44,028 bases of DNA from Candidatus Zixiibacteriota bacterium. GTDB taxonomy: Bacteria > Zixibacteria > MSB-5A5 > WJJR01. This document shows, piece by piece, positions 28,292 to 37,975 of this stretch (position 1 is the first letter of the stretch; each line of letters starts with the position of its first letter). The stretch spans positions 1 to 44,028 of the forward strand of contig JAVHPP010000063.1 of NCBI GenBank assembly GCA_036170655.1, given 5' to 3'. The position numbers and the translations under genes are program-made. The notes beneath the pieces are model-generated. The model saw only the letters and a program-made list of their open reading frames with translations, searched no databases and had not been told where the DNA came from.

Positions 28292-28516
28292 CTACCGGCC
28301 CTCTGCCCACACGACGGATGAGTCAGCGCCTGTGGTTGTGACGCTCGCGGCGAAAGCGTCGCGCGGATCGCTCTTGATGTTGCTCCCGCCTCCCGCCGTG
28401 GCCGGATTGGTCGAGGTAAGTGGATTGTCATGGCCGCAGCCCAACATCAGGGACATGCTGCAAAGTACGGCGGCGAAAATAACACCGCCCGTCAGCAATT
28501 TTCTCGTTTGGTTCAT
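28292..28516 (-). CDS. Short predicted lipoprotein, possibly truncated
   Basis: AAGGAG RBS; MNQTRKLL + hydrophobic stretch + LMLGC lipobox; only about 48 mature residues. Confidence 0.55.
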   Translation of the reverse strand: MNQTRKLLTGGVIFAAVLCSMSLMLGCGHDNPLTSTNPATAGGGSNIKSDPRDAFAASVTTTGADSSVVWAEGR

Positions 28517-28741
28517 CCTGGCTCCTTTCGTCGCAATCGACATTTTGGGATCTTATTGTCCACCTCTCGAACTTTGGTGGTCCTCCCGACCAGGCTTATA
28601 CTACTGCAACGTAGTTGCCCAGTTTGTCCGGAAAATGCCCAGACGTGGAACCCCTTGCAGTCCAAGGAGATTTAGCGTCCGACCGGTGTGGCTGCTCAGA
28701 GGCTGAGCAGCGCTGTGGCTGAACGCTTCGGCACTTGTATT

Positions 28742-28934
28742 GGGGGACGCCAACAGTTACTGGGACGTGTCCCCCGCCCGTTGTCAGAACCCTGTGATCG
28801 TTATGCGGATGTTGAAGAACTCCGACCAAGAGGGCGAGGGGTGTCCGGTGATGTTCTCGTCCCGCGCTCATCGACGGTTGCGGGTCCGAAGCGGACCAGA
28901 GAGAGCAGGGAATGACCCGCCATCGGAACGGGTG
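28742..28934 (+). ncRNA. Candidate structured RNA of unknown class
   Basis: Nested stems by eye: GGGGGACGC/GTGTCCCCC; CGCCCGTT/AACGGGTG; GTCA..CCCTG/CAGGG..TGAC; GGGCGAGGGGTGTC/GATGTTCTCGTCC; GGTCCG/CGGACC. G-U pairs favour the + strand. Confidence 0.3.
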
Positions 28935-28943
28935 TAACCACGC

Positions 28944-29411
28944 TCACGACCGGGCCCGATACGCCGTTGCCCGGCGATACTTGCCTTCCGAACGCACCAT
29001 CATCTTTTCCATGATGAACTCGCGCCGCAAGGTGCAGAAGTCCGGGTGGAAGCGCGACAGGATCTTGTTGACTTCGGCTTCCTCATAGACCTTTCCGGGC
29101 TCGAATTCGTCAAGAAGACGTTCCAGCACAAACACCCGCTTCTTGCGCTGCGCCGGAATCTCGAGCAAGCGGCCGTCTTTGAAAAACGCCCGCGCGGCCT
29201 TGGCGCGCGCGTCGGGACGATTCTGGTTGGATCGTGCCTCGAGCCATGCCAGCAGCTGATGCTCGGCCACGCGCCAGTCTTTGCCGATCTTGTATGCCGG
29301 AATCTCCCCAGTTTGTAGCTTGCGGACAACGACCTGCTGGTTGAGTTTGAGTTTCTCCGCCACTTCGGCTGAGGTGAGAAATGTCATGTCGGCAGTGCTG
29401 ATTTTTGTCAT
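28944..29411 (-). CDS. Excisionase-type HTH + DUF2087 protein
   Basis: FLTSAEVAEKLK......GEIPAYKIGKDWRV followed by FFKDGRLLEIPAQRKKR...YEEAEVN..L...HPDFCTLRR; AAGGAG RBS before ATG 29411. Confidence 0.85.
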   Translation of the reverse strand: MTKISTADMTFLTSAEVAEKLKLNQQVVVRKLQTGEIPAYKIGKDWRVAEHQLLAWLEARSNQNRPDARAKAARAFFKDGRLLEIPAQRKKRVFVLERLLDEFEPGKVYEEAEVNKILSRFHPDFCTLRREFIMEKMMVRSEGKYRRATAYRARS

Positions 29412-29600
29412 TGGGGGCTCCTTTTTGGACATATGTACGTTTCATAACTATAATGTACTTTAACGTTGTTTTACGGAGTTTTGTTTGCTTTGCTGCTCGC
29501 TGCTTAGGACCGTCGGGGCATTGACTTGTGCAACCTGTTGTATTTCTGTATGTAACAAGCATGGCCATGTCCTGAGATCGGGGTGGCTTGAAGGTGCATA

Positions 29601-30920
29601 ATGACAGCGATGTTCAAGTCCCGCGAACCCGAGTCCAGTCAGCCGCCTGCAGAGGTCGACCGTCTGAGGGAAGAGAACCAGCGGCTGCATCGGGCGGTCG
29701 AAGAGCTTTCGATACTGAATGAGATCGCCTTGGCGATCAATTCCACGATGGAGCCCGAGCAGATCAACGAGCTGCTTGTGGCCAAGTGTGTCAAGCGGCT
29801 GGGAGTCGAGCAGGGAAGCATTCACTTGTTCGGGGAGAGAGATACGGACCCGACGAAGACACTGGTGCGTGTCATGGCGCCGAGCCAGGACGGTCTGCCG
29901 ATGCGTCTGGGAATCCAGCTCACGGGCTGGATGCACAAGCACCGGCGTCCACTCTTGATCAATGACCTTGCCACCGACGAACGTTTTTCCGCGTCGGATA
30001 CCCATGATCTGCCGATCAAGTCGGTTCTCACCGTTCCGCTCGAATTAAAGGGACGGCTGATTGGCATTCTGAATTTGTTCAACAAGAATCAGGGTACTTT
30101 TACATCCGAGGATTCGCGTCTGGTGGCGATCATCGCCTCACAATGTGCGCAGGTCATCGAGAATGCGCGGCTGTACACCGAAGAGGTGAAGCTCAAACGG
30201 CTGCAGGAGGATCTGCGCAACGCCACCCAGATTCAACAGATGCTCCTGCCGCGCACACCGCCGCAGATCCCCGGGGTCGATGTGGCGGGTGTTTCGCATC
30301 CAGCGCGCGACGTGGGCGGGGACTATTTTGATTACATCGATCTGGGGAACAACCGGTGGGGAATCGTGGTTGGCGACGTCTCTGGCAAGGGCATGCCGGC
30401 CGCGCTGCTCATGGCCAACCTGCAGGCCACGGTTCGCGGCTGCGCACGCAGCTCCCTTTCGGTCGCCGACTGTGTGTCGGCGGTCAACCGGCTGCTGCTC
30501 GGTTCGACGGATTCCAAGACATTTGTCACGCTGTTCTACGGTGTCTTCGACGCCGCGGCGCGCACGCTGGCCTACTGTAACGCTGGCCACAATCCGCCGT
30601 ATCGTTTCCGTGCCGGCAACGAGATGGACACGTTACAGACTGGCGGGCCGATTGTCGCGGCATTCGGCTGGTCAAATTACGAGGAAGAAACAATCGTCCT
30701 TGGCCCGAATGAGCGGCTGGTCATTTTCACCGATGGTGTGACGGAAGCAGCCAACCCGGCGGATGAGCAGTTCGGGGAGACGCGGCTCGAAGAACTGCTG
30801 TGTCAGGAGTCGGGCGCCAGCGCCGGTGTCACGATCGAGCATGTGCTGGACGCGGTGCTGAAGTTCCAAGGTGATGCACCCGTGGCAGACGATATCACGC
30901 TGGTGTGTCTGCGAACGTGA
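29601..30920 (+). CDS. GAF + PP2C (SpoIIE/RsbU-type) phosphatase
   Basis: GAF (SVLTVPL...GRLIGILNLFNK...F...D.RL), then VGGDYFD, GDVSGKG, NAGHN, FTDGVTEA, DDITL. Confidence 0.93.
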   Translation: MTAMFKSREPESSQPPAEVDRLREENQRLHRAVEELSILNEIALAINSTMEPEQINELLVAKCVKRLGVEQGSIHLFGERDTDPTKTLVRVMAPSQDGLPMRLGIQLTGWMHKHRRPLLINDLATDERFSASDTHDLPIKSVLTVPLELKGRLIGILNLFNKNQGTFTSEDSRLVAIIASQCAQVIENARLYTEEVKLKRLQEDLRNATQIQQMLLPRTPPQIPGVDVAGVSHPARDVGGDYFDYIDLGNNRWGIVVGDVSGKGMPAALLMANLQATVRGCARSSLSVADCVSAVNRLLLGSTDSKTFVTLFYGVFDAAARTLAYCNAGHNPPYRFRAGNEMDTLQTGGPIVAAFGWSNYEEETIVLGPNERLVIFTDGVTEAANPADEQFGETRLEELLCQESGASAGVTIEHVLDAVLKFQGDAPVADDITLVCLRT

Positions 30921-30926
30921 TGGACA

Positions 30927-31826
30927 ATGATGAACACAATTCTCATCGCCTCTCTTTGCCTCATCTGGGGTTCCACCTGGGCGGTGATCAAGATCGGCTT
31001 GGGAGAGGCGCCGCCATTCTACAGCGCCGCCTTCCGCTTCCTGCTGTCGATGCTTGTGCTCGGCGTCGTTCTGTGGCTGGGGCGGCGGTCCCTGCCGCGC
31101 GATCGGGGCATTCTGCGCTGGATATTGATCCCCGGATTCTTCATGTATTTCGGTTCTTACGCAGCGGTATACTATGCAGAGCAGTACATCGACTCGGCCC
31201 TTGCGGCGATCCTGTTCGGCTCATTCCCCTTCTTTGTCGCAATTGGTGCGCACTTTTACCTGCCGGGCGAACGTCTGTCGTGGCTGAAAATGCTGGGGCT
31301 GATGGTCGGTTTCACCGGCATCGTTGTGATCTTGGGCGGGGGCGTGTCCGCGACCGATTCGGTCAAACTGTGGGCGATGGGCATCATGCTTCTTTCCCCC
31401 CTCTCGTCGGCGATTGCCTCGGTGCTGGTCAAACGTCACCTCACCAGAGAAGATCCATTGGCCGTCAACTTCCTGCAGATGCTTTTCGGGGTTATCCTCT
31501 TGTTTCCCCTCGCAATGATCCGTGAGAACTTCGCCGACTTTCATTGGACCGTCAAGTCTGTGTCTGCGGTCACATTCCTCGCGGTCTTTGGCTCCGCCTT
31601 CGCCTTTGTCACCTACTATCATCTCCTCAGAACAATGGAAGCGGTCAAACTATCCTTGATCGCGTTTGTGACGCCGGTGGTGGCGGCCTGCCTGGGGTGG
31701 CTGGTTTTCGGCGAGCGATTCACTCTGGCGACGGTCATCGGTACCATTCTGGTTTTCGCAGGGATTTGGATCGTCAATATCCTGGCCGCCAGCACGAAAA
31801 GTGTACCGGCCTGGTCGGTACGGTAA
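30927..31826 (+). CDS. EamA/DMT-family transporter
   Basis: LIWGSTW..IK, about 10 TM segments, PVVA..LG....GE. Confidence 0.9.
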   Translation: MMNTILIASLCLIWGSTWAVIKIGLGEAPPFYSAAFRFLLSMLVLGVVLWLGRRSLPRDRGILRWILIPGFFMYFGSYAAVYYAEQYIDSALAAILFGSFPFFVAIGAHFYLPGERLSWLKMLGLMVGFTGIVVILGGGVSATDSVKLWAMGIMLLSPLSSAIASVLVKRHLTREDPLAVNFLQMLFGVILLFPLAMIRENFADFHWTVKSVSAVTFLAVFGSAFAFVTYYHLLRTMEAVKLSLIAFVTPVVAACLGWLVFGERFTLATVIGTILVFAGIWIVNILAASTKSVPAWSVR

Positions 31827-31872
31827 AGGCTTGACAGAGTGCCGGAGTGGCTTAATGAGCAATTGCCCCATT

Positions 31873-34503
31873 CTATAGATCGTATCCGAAACTGAAGTAG
31901 AACTTGGAATTTCCCCGTTGGGTGATTCCGCCCAGGATCTGCAGGGGTCCCAGCGGTGTGTCGAATTCGAGTCCGCCGCCGAACCCGTATTGGAGATCAC
32001 GCGGCAGGTCGATGTGGGCGAGGTGATCCCAAACCGCGCCCGCGTCGAAGCGGGTCATCAGATAACTACGGGAGAAGAAACGGTAGTGCATTCCCAGCGA
32101 TCCGGCAGCCAGCCGGTCGCCGCGCCATTCGTCTTCGTTAAGCCCCATGAATGACCGCCGCCCGCCCAGCGTGAATTGCTCGTAGTCGGGCAGATGGCGT
32201 TCGGCCGTGGCGAATCGCGCCCTGATCTCAAAAGTCAGGCGTCGCTGCAGTGGCACGGCCCAAATGCCCAGTCCCTCAAAAGTGCGGAACGTGACCTTGC
32301 CACCCAAGAATTTGTCGGCCCAGCGCAACGACGCTGACAGGCGCCGCCCACGGGTGGGAAAGTCCGCATTGTCCAGATCATCCAGCCGGGCGGACACGGT
32401 CAGGAGAGAGAAACGGATCCGAGTAGAGGAAGAATCCGCGCTGTGCGACAGGTCAAGCCGCTCGACATCACCGTTGATCGCCATCTGAGCCGCGCGGGAA
32501 ATGTTCTGGCCGAAGAAGAAGCGGGCGCCCAGGCGCTCTGTTGTGAAGGTGCCCGTTTGCTGGTGATCTTGCCACAGGCGTTGTTCATGACGCTGGCGGT
32601 ATCCGGTCACGGCCGCGGTCAGATAGGTGCGGAATATGCGGTCGGTCTTGGCACGCAGGAAAAACCAGTCCCGTCGTGGCGCATACTGTGCGTGAATCGT
32701 CAGTTCATTCCCCAGACCGAAAAGGTTGATGTTCACAAGTTCCAGAAACCCCTCGGTCTGATACTCCAGGTCATGGTGCAACCCCAGGCGAATGGCGTCT
32801 GTCGTCTTTTCGGTAACCTTCAATCGCAGTTGCGGGCCAGCCGTTGTACGGACAACCTCTGTCGAGACCTGTTCAAAGAGGCCAGAGGCATGCAAGTCGG
32901 TCAGTCCCCGCTCGATGAACTTCGAATTGTAGGGAGCCCCCTTCTTCAGCGGGAAACTGCGGAGGACGACCCAGCTCTTGACGCGGCGGTTTCCCATCAA
33001 CTGGATCCCGGCCAGCGGACCTTCGTCGATCTTGACCGACAGCGTCCCGGAGGAATCCAGCGACGCGGCCGCAATGTCGGCGAGGCCGTACCCCCGCGCC
33101 GCATAGAAGGAGACAATCCGTGCGAGCGCCGTGGCGATGACTGGTGTTCCATGGCGTTTTTCCACCGGCAGCGCCATCACACGGAGGAGAACTGAGTCGC
33201 CGAAGACTGTGGCGCCCTCGAGGCGGACCCGTCGCAGGATCGGGGGACGTTGCCCGGTCAACAGCCATTTCATTTCCCCTTGGGGGCTGGCCGCGACGAG
33301 CGCGACCGAGATCGTGTCAAACCACCCCTGTGCGACCGCACTTTCGGCAAGTTGTGATACATCTGCAGATCTCTGAGGAAACGCCGACATGAGCATGACC
33401 CGCAGCTGGGGAGGAAAATCGTCAGGCGATATATTCCCGGCCAGAGTCATCGGAGCAGTGACTGGGGCATCGCCCGAGTCTCCCAGCGACTGCGACCGGT
33501 GATAATCTGCCATGATTCTCTGTGCAGTTCGCCTGCCCTCCTGATACCCCAGTGCAATCAGCGTGTCGATGGCGGTGAAGCCGATGCTGGCAATGCTGCC
33601 AACATCGGGTGAGCACACATAGTCTGCAGCATTTAGGGCACTGTTCAACAGAGCGGCCGTCATTACGGTCGTGGCCTGGTTTGCCATTGCATACGGGTTA
33701 TCCAGTTGATCGACCCGTTCCAACCGGCTGGCCGTGTTCACGGCGACAACAGGGCAGGCCGAGAGTTCGTGTGCCAGATCGACCGGCAGCGGATCCACCA
33801 GTCCGCCGTCCACGAAGAGAAGCGAATCCTGCTGCAACGGCGAGACCGCCAGGGGGAAAGCCATCGCAGCCCGCATCGCGAACGCCAGCTCACCCTTAGT
33901 GAAGACGGTGCGCCGGCCCGAGACCAGTTCGGTGGCCACCGCCCGAAAACGCACAGGCAGGCGGTCGAAATCTGAACCACACCGGTAAGTGGCGCCCTGC
34001 GTCAAGTTCGACAGATAATTGTACAGCGCCTGCCCTGACGTGGCTCCGGTCGGCCACTGCGGACGGAAGTGGCGCAGGGGAATGGAGACAAACCAATTCG
34101 CCGCCTTGTCCTTTTGCGACAGCAACAACTTGGCACGTGGCGGCGTGTTCTGAAGCAACTCACTCCACTGCACGGAACGTGCCAGTACTGCCAGCGAATC
34201 TGGATCGATGCCAGACGCATACAACCCTCCCACGATTGCGCCCATGGACACGCCACAAAGCACATCGATGGAAATACCGGCCTCATCAAGTGCGTGCAGA
34301 ACGCCGATTTGAGCCAGCCCCCGTGCGCCTCCACCGGACAGGGCCAGAGCCACTCGAGGATGCCCCGGTGTGCGCCAGTAATTTCCGTGAATCTGATCCA
34401 TGATGCCCGGCGAGTGGAACGAAAAGGGAGGGGGATGCGACTCCTGCGCATTCACCGGGGAAACAGCGTGAACTCCCAGTGCCAGCCCCACGGTCACCGC
34501 CAT
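31873..34503 (-). CDS. Patatin + POTRA + Omp85/BamA-like barrel (PlpD/type Vd-like)
   Basis: LALSGGGARG, GVSMG, DGG; POTRA segments (GNRRVK...L..SGLF); barrel ending YFSFGYDL. Start uncertain: the open frame extends to 34782. Confidence 0.85.
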   Translation of the reverse strand: MAVTVGLALGVHAVSPVNAQESHPPPFSFHSPGIMDQIHGNYWRTPGHPRVALALSGGGARGLAQIGVLHALDEAGISIDVLCGVSMGAIVGGLYASGIDPDSLAVLARSVQWSELLQNTPPRAKLLLSQKDKAANWFVSIPLRHFRPQWPTGATSGQALYNYLSNLTQGATYRCGSDFDRLPVRFRAVATELVSGRRTVFTKGELAFAMRAAMAFPLAVSPLQQDSLLFVDGGLVDPLPVDLAHELSACPVVAVNTASRLERVDQLDNPYAMANQATTVMTAALLNSALNAADYVCSPDVGSIASIGFTAIDTLIALGYQEGRRTAQRIMADYHRSQSLGDSGDAPVTAPMTLAGNISPDDFPPQLRVMLMSAFPQRSADVSQLAESAVAQGWFDTISVALVAASPQGEMKWLLTGQRPPILRRVRLEGATVFGDSVLLRVMALPVEKRHGTPVIATALARIVSFYAARGYGLADIAAASLDSSGTLSVKIDEGPLAGIQLMGNRRVKSWVVLRSFPLKKGAPYNSKFIERGLTDLHASGLFEQVSTEVVRTTAGPQLRLKVTEKTTDAIRLGLHHDLEYQTEGFLELVNINLFGLGNELTIHAQYAPRRDWFFLRAKTDRIFRTYLTAAVTGYRQRHEQRLWQDHQQTGTFTTERLGARFFFGQNISRAAQMAINGDVERLDLSHSADSSSTRIRFSLLTVSARLDDLDNADFPTRGRRLSASLRWADKFLGGKVTFRTFEGLGIWAVPLQRRLTFEIRARFATAERHLPDYEQFTLGGRRSFMGLNEDEWRGDRLAAGSLGMHYRFFSRSYLMTRFDAGAVWDHLAHIDLPRDLQYGFGGGLEFDTPLGPLQILGGITQRGNSKFYFSFGYDL

Positions 34504-34762
34504 TCGCAAGATTGCCAAAAGCGGCCTCGCAGGCGCATTGCTGACCGGACGGTGTCTCACTGTTGTGGGTCGCTGGGGTGGATTCGGTATGATCGGGTTA
34601 GCGCTTGATCGCCGCTTCCTGCACAAGGTATCTTCCCGGCCCGGCCGGAGGCGCGTGTTTCGGGGCGGGTAACGTCTCAGGCGACCAATTCTATGACCCA
34701 AGTCGCCGCTCCGAAGTGAAAATCTTCGAAATCCAGTGGCCGGATTGATGACACGGATACCG

Positions 34763-35149
34763 ATGAAAGTCGTCTTCACCACATCTGTATCGCGCCGGGT
34801 GGCTTGGGCGTATGCGGTTCTCGTGCTTGCCGTCTCATCGCTACCATCGGCGCGTCTCCCGGATCTTGGCGTTCACAATATCGATAAAGCGCTGCACTTT
34901 GTCCAATACGGCGTCCTCGGCTATCTGGTCGCACGTGGGTGGGGACCGGGACGTCAGGCGGGCCCCTTCCGTCTGGGTCAATGGCTACCGGCCATCCTTC
35001 TCCTGATCTTTGCCGGTCTGGATGAACTGCACCAACGGTGGATTCCCGGGCGCACACCCGAATGGTGGGACTGGGCGTCTGACTCTTCCGGGATCATGCT
35101 CTGCTACATGGCTGGCTTCCTGAGCAATCGGCGGACCCGTGCTGCATAA
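34763..35149 (+). CDS. VanZ-family membrane protein
   Basis: DKALHFVQYGVLG, DELHQRWIPGR...D..D..G. Confidence 0.88.
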   Translation: MKVVFTTSVSRRVAWAYAVLVLAVSSLPSARLPDLGVHNIDKALHFVQYGVLGYLVARGWGPGRQAGPFRLGQWLPAILLLIFAGLDELHQRWIPGRTPEWWDWASDSSGIMLCYMAGFLSNRRTRAA

Positions 35150-35347
35150 GACAGTCATGGCGAACGACGCGAAGCAATCTCACCACCGGGATAGTTCGGA
35201 CAATCCGGACGGGATTTTTTCAACACTTCTCGCGCGCTGGCTTGCGAAACATTCGATCGGAGGCCATGCTGTTGCGTATACTGCTGCCATTGAGCATTCG
35301 TGATCTCCATGCTGGCAGGGTTCGGGAATGGGTGATGCGGGCCCGCA

Positions 35348-36112
35348 ATGATTGATCGATTTGACGGCAAGATTGCCTTGATCACCGGCGCCGGATCGGG
35401 TATCGGGCAGGGGATCGCCTTGCGACTGGCCCGCGAAGGGGCGCATGTGATTCTCCACGGGCGTACTGAAGAGAGATTGGCGGAGACGGCGGCGCTCATG
35501 GGCGGTGTCGTGGATTGCGAGGCGGCAGATCTGGGTAATCACGACCAGACGCTGAGCATGGCGTCCCGAATCACTGAACGTCTTGGCCGGCTCGATATTC
35601 TGGTCAACAGTGCGGGACTGTATGCCACCGGACCATCTGAGGAACTTGCCCCCGTGGATTTCGAGGCGATCCTGCGGGTGAATCTCGTGGGTCTGGTGCA
35701 TCTGACCCGTTTGCTGCGGCCTCTATTGCGGCAGGGCAGACCGTCGGGCGTTGTCATCAATATCTCGTCGACTTTGACGAAATCACCGCAGGCAGGAACC
35801 CTGGCGTACTCCACGTCGAAGGCGGCTCTGGTCACGGCCACGGAAACGCTGGCGGCAGAGTGGGGACCTGGGATACGTGTGAATTGTGTGAGCCTCGGGA
35901 TCATCGATACCCCACTCCATCATAAAGCAGGGCGGGCGGAGACCGACTTGAAACTGTTCTTCGACACGACGGCCGCGCGGCTTCCAATGCAGCGGATCGG
36001 TCAGCCGGACGATGTCGCCTCCGCGGTCGCCTTTCTGGCATCGGATGAAGCTGCTTGGATTACCGGCGCAACCCTGGTTGTAGATGGCGGGCTGAGTGTC
36101 TCGCTCCAGTGA
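35348..36112 (+). CDS. Short-chain dehydrogenase/reductase
   Basis: TGAGSGIG, NSAG, NISS, YSTSK, IRVN, ITG..L.VDGG. Confidence 0.93.
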   Translation: MIDRFDGKIALITGAGSGIGQGIALRLAREGAHVILHGRTEERLAETAALMGGVVDCEAADLGNHDQTLSMASRITERLGRLDILVNSAGLYATGPSEELAPVDFEAILRVNLVGLVHLTRLLRPLLRQGRPSGVVINISSTLTKSPQAGTLAYSTSKAALVTATETLAAEWGPGIRVNCVSLGIIDTPLHHKAGRAETDLKLFFDTTAARLPMQRIGQPDDVASAVAFLASDEAAWITGATLVVDGGLSVSLQ

Positions 36113-37088
36113 TATTCCGAGGTCGCTGTCACCAGACATCCCCCGGTCACGCTTCGGATCGCTGGCCAGCAGGATGCGTGACCGGACTGCCCTGTCTGCA
36201 CGGACACGGTTCGACATGGAAGCCATCTACAAGCTGGCAAAGCCGTGGAGATACTTCAACATCAGCGTTCTCTGGATTGCCTATTACCCTTACCTGACAC
36301 GGTTGTTGTACTACCTGCGCGTGCGTCATGAGGCTGTCACCGTTCTTTCGCTGGTCTTCGGCCTGTCGGGTGCGGCCGTTCTCTGGCGTGCACACTCGAC
36401 CGCTGCGCTTGTCTTAGCCGCTCTGCTGATCCATTTCAAGGATGCGTTGGATGCCTGCGATGGCTCACTGGCACGCCTGACTGGAACCGGCCACCGTGTC
36501 GGACGGTTCTTGGACACGATTGGCGACGGTATCGCCTACACCGCCCTGATCGGGGCCGTTGCCGGGTATGGAATTGCGCGCGGCCTGCCCATCATTGGGA
36601 CGCTGGCATGGGCGACGCTGACCTGGGTCAGCCTGTTCCTGCAGTGTTCTTACTTCAACTATTACCAACTGCGGTACACCGAACAGGCGGGTGGGCATAC
36701 ACTCAGCCGGTTGGACGAGAGGGCCGATTCTGCAGATACCAGTGCACCGGGGGAACGACAATCCCGCATGTTGGGCGTTCTCCAACCGGTCTACAATCTG
36801 TGGTTTGGCTGGCAGGATTATCTCATCGAGCGCCTGGACCGCGCCATGCGACGTTCAGCCCGGTTGCCTGCCCGCCGGACAGATTCTCTGGGCATGCGCT
36901 GGTACGCCACGCGCGGGTTCTTGGTGGCGAACTCCGCCTTGTGCTACGGGACCCACGCCTTCGTCTTAATCCTGTGTGTCTTTGCAGGCCGGCCGCTCTG
37001 GTTCTTCCCTACGGTTGGGATCGGCATGAACCTCTACTTTGCGGTGATCCTTACCGCGCGGTGGATTGTCTTCCGGAGAATGGCATGA
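36096..37088 (+). CDS. CDP-alcohol phosphotransferase family protein
   Basis: DACDGSLARLTG....GRFLDTIGD signature; start uncertain (alternative ATG at 36174). Confidence 0.88.
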   Translation: MSRSSDIPRSLSPDIPRSRFGSLASRMRDRTALSARTRFDMEAIYKLAKPWRYFNISVLWIAYYPYLTRLLYYLRVRHEAVTVLSLVFGLSGAAVLWRAHSTAALVLAALLIHFKDALDACDGSLARLTGTGHRVGRFLDTIGDGIAYTALIGAVAGYGIARGLPIIGTLAWATLTWVSLFLQCSYFNYYQLRYTEQAGGHTLSRLDERADSADTSAPGERQSRMLGVLQPVYNLWFGWQDYLIERLDRAMRRSARLPARRTDSLGMRWYATRGFLVANSALCYGTHAFVLILCVFAGRPLWFFPTVGIGMNLYFAVILTARWIVFRRMA

Positions 37089-37492
37089 TTGTCGAAGTGA
37101 CACGAAAGGCGCATTTCTGCGCCGGGCACCGGTACTGGCGTGCAGACTGGAACGCGGAGAAGAACCGCGCAGTCTTTGGCGCCTGCGCCAATATCAACGG
37201 ACATGGACATAACTATACGCTCGAGGTCACTGTGTCCGGACCTGTTGACCCTGCTACGGGGATGGTGGTGAATCTCAGCGAACTGGACCGTGTGATCCAC
37301 GACCACGTGATCGAGCGTCTCGACCATCGGAACCTGAATACCGATGTCCCGGAACTGGCCGATGTGATCCCGACAACCGAGGTACTGGCGGGGTTTATCT
37401 GGGATCAGTTGGCGCCACATATCGTCACAGGCCGGCTGATCCGCGTGCGGATCGCTGAATCCGATGACCTGTGGGCCGAGCGCAGTGAGTGA
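37085..37492 (+). CDS. 6-pyruvoyl/6-carboxy-tetrahydropterin synthase domain 1
   Basis: ATG overlaps the upstream stop; HFCAGHR...FGACANINGHGHNY...TGMVVNL...LDHRNLN...PTTEVLA. Confidence 0.9.
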   Translation: MIVEVTRKAHFCAGHRYWRADWNAEKNRAVFGACANINGHGHNYTLEVTVSGPVDPATGMVVNLSELDRVIHDHVIERLDHRNLNTDVPELADVIPTTEVLAGFIWDQLAPHIVTGRLIRVRIAESDDLWAERSE

Positions 37493-37516
37493 TACGATCG
37501 GCGCCTGACTCTGACT

Positions 37517-37939
37517 ATGTACACCCACGCCCAACGGTTCCATTTCGCGGCCGCCCACACGCTGCGGTCCAAGGCCCTGTCGGAGGATGCCAACCAGCGC
37601 ACGTATGGAAAATGCGCCAACCCCACGGGGCATGGTCACAGTTACACGGTCGAAGTCATGGTATCCGGCCGGTTGCTAACCGATGGCGTCCTCATGGGAC
37701 ACGGGTTGCTCGCTGAAATCGTCGCGCATCGCGTGATACCCTTGCTGGCCTATCAGAATCTGAACGTGACCTTCGGCGATGATTTCATCCCCACGGGGGA
37801 GAATCTCGCCGGCGCGATCTGGACGCTGCTGAGACCGCATGCGCCTGCCGATCTCACGCTGAACGTCCGCGTAGTCGAGACATCCAAGAATGCATTTGTG
37901 TACCGGCAGCGGGAACCGTGGCCGGAGAGCGCGGTTTAG
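37517..37939 (+). CDS. 6-pyruvoyl/6-carboxy-tetrahydropterin synthase domain 2
   Basis: HFAAAH.L...N...YGKCANPTGHGHSY...PTGENLA...VETSKN. Confidence 0.88.
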   Translation: MYTHAQRFHFAAAHTLRSKALSEDANQRTYGKCANPTGHGHSYTVEVMVSGRLLTDGVLMGHGLLAEIVAHRVIPLLAYQNLNVTFGDDFIPTGENLAGAIWTLLRPHAPADLTLNVRVVETSKNAFVYRQREPWPESAV

Positions 37940-37975
37940 GCAGGGAGCGGTTCACTTTTCACGGTGGGAGTCATC

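Noticed and set aside
28718..28800. c-di-AMP (ydaO) riboswitch resemblance (GCTGAA...GGGGGA)
   Set aside because: The downstream consensus (CCCGAACCCGUCAGCUAAC) is not properly matched and no + strand gene follows.
28944..29411. Excisionase-like HTH genes (here and at 21165-21875) as evidence of mobile elements
   Set aside because: Both are fused to regulatory domains (DUF2087, PTS EIIA) and have no att sites or integrase nearby.
37490..37492. Selenocysteine at the UGA between the PTPS domains
   Set aside because: The position is an inter-domain linker, not a conserved Cys, and no SECIS-like hairpin follows.
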